Below are positions 61,782-64,000 of a stretch of DNA of 64,000 nt, piece by piece (position 1 is the first letter of the stretch; every line of letters begins with the position of its first letter). A program made the translations under genes and the position numbers. Under the pieces are notes generated by a model that was not told where the DNA came from, did no database searches, and saw only the letters and a program-made list of their open reading frames with translations. Origin of the DNA: Synechococcus sp. (GTDB lineage: Bacteria > Cyanobacteriota > Cyanobacteriia > PCC-6307 > Cyanobiaceae); contig JBJBDL010000003.1 of the NCBI GenBank assembly GCA_047285305.1, positions 1,152,001 to 1,216,000 of the forward strand. Direction: 5' to 3'.

Positions 61782-63767
61782 TTGGATCTGCCCATTGATC
61801 ATTTCCGACTCCTGGGCGTCAGTCCATCGGCAGAGCCAGAGGCGATTCTGCGCCGCTTGGAAACCCGCTGTGACAGTCCTCCGGATCAGGGCTTCACCCA
61901 CGAGGTTCTGCTCCAACGGGCCGATCTGCTGCGCCGCTCCGCCGATCTGCTGAGCGATCCCGCCGACAGGGCCAAGTACGAAGCAGCGCTGTTGCGCCTC
62001 AGTGAATCCCATCCCAACGGCACGGTGGGCTTGGACCTTCCCACTAGCAGTGAGGTGGCGGGCCTGATCCTGCTTTGGGAGGCCAATGGCGCTCTCGAGG
62101 CCTTTCAGTTGGCACGGCAGGGTCTCCAACCCCCTCAGGCCCCGGCCCTCGGCAGTGGCCGTGAAGCGGACCTGACGCTTTTGGCTGCCCTGGCCTGCCG
62201 CGATGCTGCCGTGGAGGAACAAGACCAACGGCGCTATGAGTCGGCGGCCAAACTGTTGATCGATGGCCTTGAGCTGCAACAGCGGATGGGCAAGCTGCCT
62301 GACCAGCAGCGCCAGTTAGAAGACGCCTTGCAAGGGCTGACTCCCTTCAGAATTCTGGATTTGCTCAGCCGTGATCTCGGCGATCAGGACTCCCATCAAA
62401 GGGGGTTGAAGCTCTTGGATGAGCTGGTCGTTGCACGAGGTGGTCTGGAGGCCGCAGATGCTGATGGTGATCAGCCCGGCAGCCTCAGCCAGGAGGATTT
62501 CGAATCGTTCTTCCATCAGATCCGCCGCTTCCTGACCGTTCAGGAGCAGATCGATCTGTTCAGCCGCTGGTTTGAGGGGGGCGAAGCGGATGCCGGTTTC
62601 CTCACGGTTCTGGCGCTCACCGCAGCGGGATTCTCGCGGCGCAAGCCTGAGTTCCTCGAGCAAGCCCGCTACCGGCTGCAGACGGTTGCTAACGCCGACC
62701 TCGATCCCATGCCGCTGCTTGGCTGCCTGGATCTGCTGTTGGGCAACGTCAAGGATGCGGATCGGCATTTCGCCGTCCTGAGAGATCCGGATCTTCAGGC
62801 CTGGTTTTTGAACCACCCTGGTGATCAGTTGGCCGCGCAATGCGAATACTGCCGGGCCTGGCTTGAACGCGATGTCTTGCCGGGATATCGCGACGTCGAT
62901 GCCTCCGGTGCTGATTTGGATGCCTGGTTTGCTGATCGTGACGTGCAGGGTTTTGTCGATCGTCTCGATCGCAAGGCGTTGCGCCAGATCGGTGCCGAAG
63001 AGATCAGCCTGACCTGGGCAACGGCAGGCGATGCATCCCTTGCTGCCTCGAGCGAAGCGGCCGAAACAGACCAGGACTTTGACTCCGAAGACGCTGATGC
63101 CACGCCGCTCTGGCAGCAACTTTTTTGGCAGCAAAGTTGGTTTCGCCCCGCTGCTGCCGCTGTTGCACTGGTCGGGATCACCGTTGCGGGTGTTGGCCTA
63201 GTTCGACGCAACTGGGATCCCGCGCCGCTGTTGCCGGAAACCGCTTCATTCTCCGCTGAGGATCAGGACGACGATGAGGTTGACGAGAAGCAGGAGCTCG
63301 ATGCTGCTTCGTCTCCTGTGGATGACGAGCCCATCGCGAGCCTGAAGCCCGACCTTGATCCTTCATCGCCCACAGAACCACTGCTCAGTGATGCCCCCAC
63401 GGAAGCCGAGCTTCAGACCTTGCTCCAGGGATGGCTTGATGCCAAGGCTTTGATGCTCTCCGGTGAGCCGGCTGATCTTTCCGTCGTGGCGAGGGATCCC
63501 CTGGTGAGGCGCGTGGAGCTGGAGCGGGAAGCTGATCAGGCTGCAGGGCGATCCAAGACGATTGATGCCTCCATCACCACCATCGAGGTGGTCGACCGCA
63601 AGCCTCAGAGGATTGAACTGCTGGCTCAGGTGGCCTACAGCGATCGCCTTCAGGCTGCTGACGGAACCGTCATTGATGAGACGGCACCGACTGATTTCAG
63701 CGTGACCTATGTGCTCGGCAGAGATGGAACCCAATGGCGTTTGCACGACTACATCCCGGGCTCCTGA
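61782..63767 (+). CDS. ftn2: ARC6/Ftn2 (ZipN) family division protein
   Basis: [12 protein letters not shown]-like N-terminus, TM segment, C-terminal WLDAK...V.Y...QWRL domain. Confidence 0.88.
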   Translation: MDLPIDHFRLLGVSPSAEPEAILRRLETRCDSPPDQGFTHEVLLQRADLLRRSADLLSDPADRAKYEAALLRLSESHPNGTVGLDLPTSSEVAGLILLWEANGALEAFQLARQGLQPPQAPALGSGREADLTLLAALACRDAAVEEQDQRRYESAAKLLIDGLELQQRMGKLPDQQRQLEDALQGLTPFRILDLLSRDLGDQDSHQRGLKLLDELVVARGGLEAADADGDQPGSLSQEDFESFFHQIRRFLTVQEQIDLFSRWFEGGEADAGFLTVLALTAAGFSRRKPEFLEQARYRLQTVANADLDPMPLLGCLDLLLGNVKDADRHFAVLRDPDLQAWFLNHPGDQLAAQCEYCRAWLERDVLPGYRDVDASGADLDAWFADRDVQGFVDRLDRKALRQIGAEEISLTWATAGDASLAASSEAAETDQDFDSEDADATPLWQQLFWQQSWFRPAAAAVALVGITVAGVGLVRRNWDPAPLLPETASFSAEDQDDDEVDEKQELDAASSPVDDEPIASLKPDLDPSSPTEPLLSDAPTEAELQTLLQGWLDAKALMLSGEPADLSVVARDPLVRRVELEREADQAAGRSKTIDASITTIEVVDRKPQRIELLAQVAYSDRLQAADGTVIDETAPTDFSVTYVLGRDGTQWRLHDYIPGS

Positions 63768-63835
63768 GTTGTTTGCCCGGGTTGCTTGACCGTCGCTTTT
63801 TACGATCACCACATTGATCAAGGGGCGTAACGCCG

Positions 63836-64000
63836 ATGTTCGACGAGCTTTCAGCCCGTTTTGAGGATGCGGTCAAGGGGCTGCGTGGCCAAGACAGCAT
63901 CAGCGAAACCAACGTCGATGGAGCCCTGAAGGACGTCCGTCGAGCTTTGCTGGAAGCCGACGTCAGCCTGCCGGTGGTGAAGGAGTTCGTGGCTGAGGTC
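63836..64000 (+). CDS. ffh: Signal recognition particle protein, 5' part
   Basis: MFDELSARFEDAVKGLRG...ALKDVRRALLEADVSLPVVKEF. Confidence 0.92.
   Translation, partial: MFDELSARFEDAVKGLRGQDSISETNVDGALKDVRRALLEADVSLPVVKEFVAEV

Overview
GC-rich picocyanobacterial chromosome segment; gene content and order point to marine Synechococcus (inference). From ~25 kb to 64 kb it is conserved core: ilvC, clpP/clpR, hemW, panB, SRP RNA, ftsZ/ftsQ/ddl, miaB, folC, argD, murA, lpdA, trpC, a Ni-SOD cluster, lnt, mnmA, nnr, a group-2 sigma factor, pdhA, ftn2, ffh and three tRNAs. The first 25 kb holds two accessory regions. One is a small island upstream of glyQ (~0.9-4.75 kb). The other is an ~18 kb island at tRNA-Ser(CGA) (6706-24880), built from four tandem, decayed P4-like integrase/AlpA elements separated by copies of the tRNA 3' end. 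Its AT-rich cargo looks geared to cell-surface modification: an AAC(3)-adenylation-ACP-formyltransferase cassette, two surface-carbohydrate paralogs, two sulfotransferase-like paralogs and a radical SAM enzyme. The most striking signal is a non-coding modular array seen at four loci (3.3-4.3, 7.9, 19.1-20.3 and 24.5-24.7 kb). It has a fixed-geometry promoter-like motif and ~70-150 nt structured units ending in covarying hairpins plus U-tracts. The units fall into two mutually complementary classes and usually follow a DUF1651-like gene. This is a candidate undescribed mobile multi-ncRNA system. All family assignments come from motif recognition; no database search was run.
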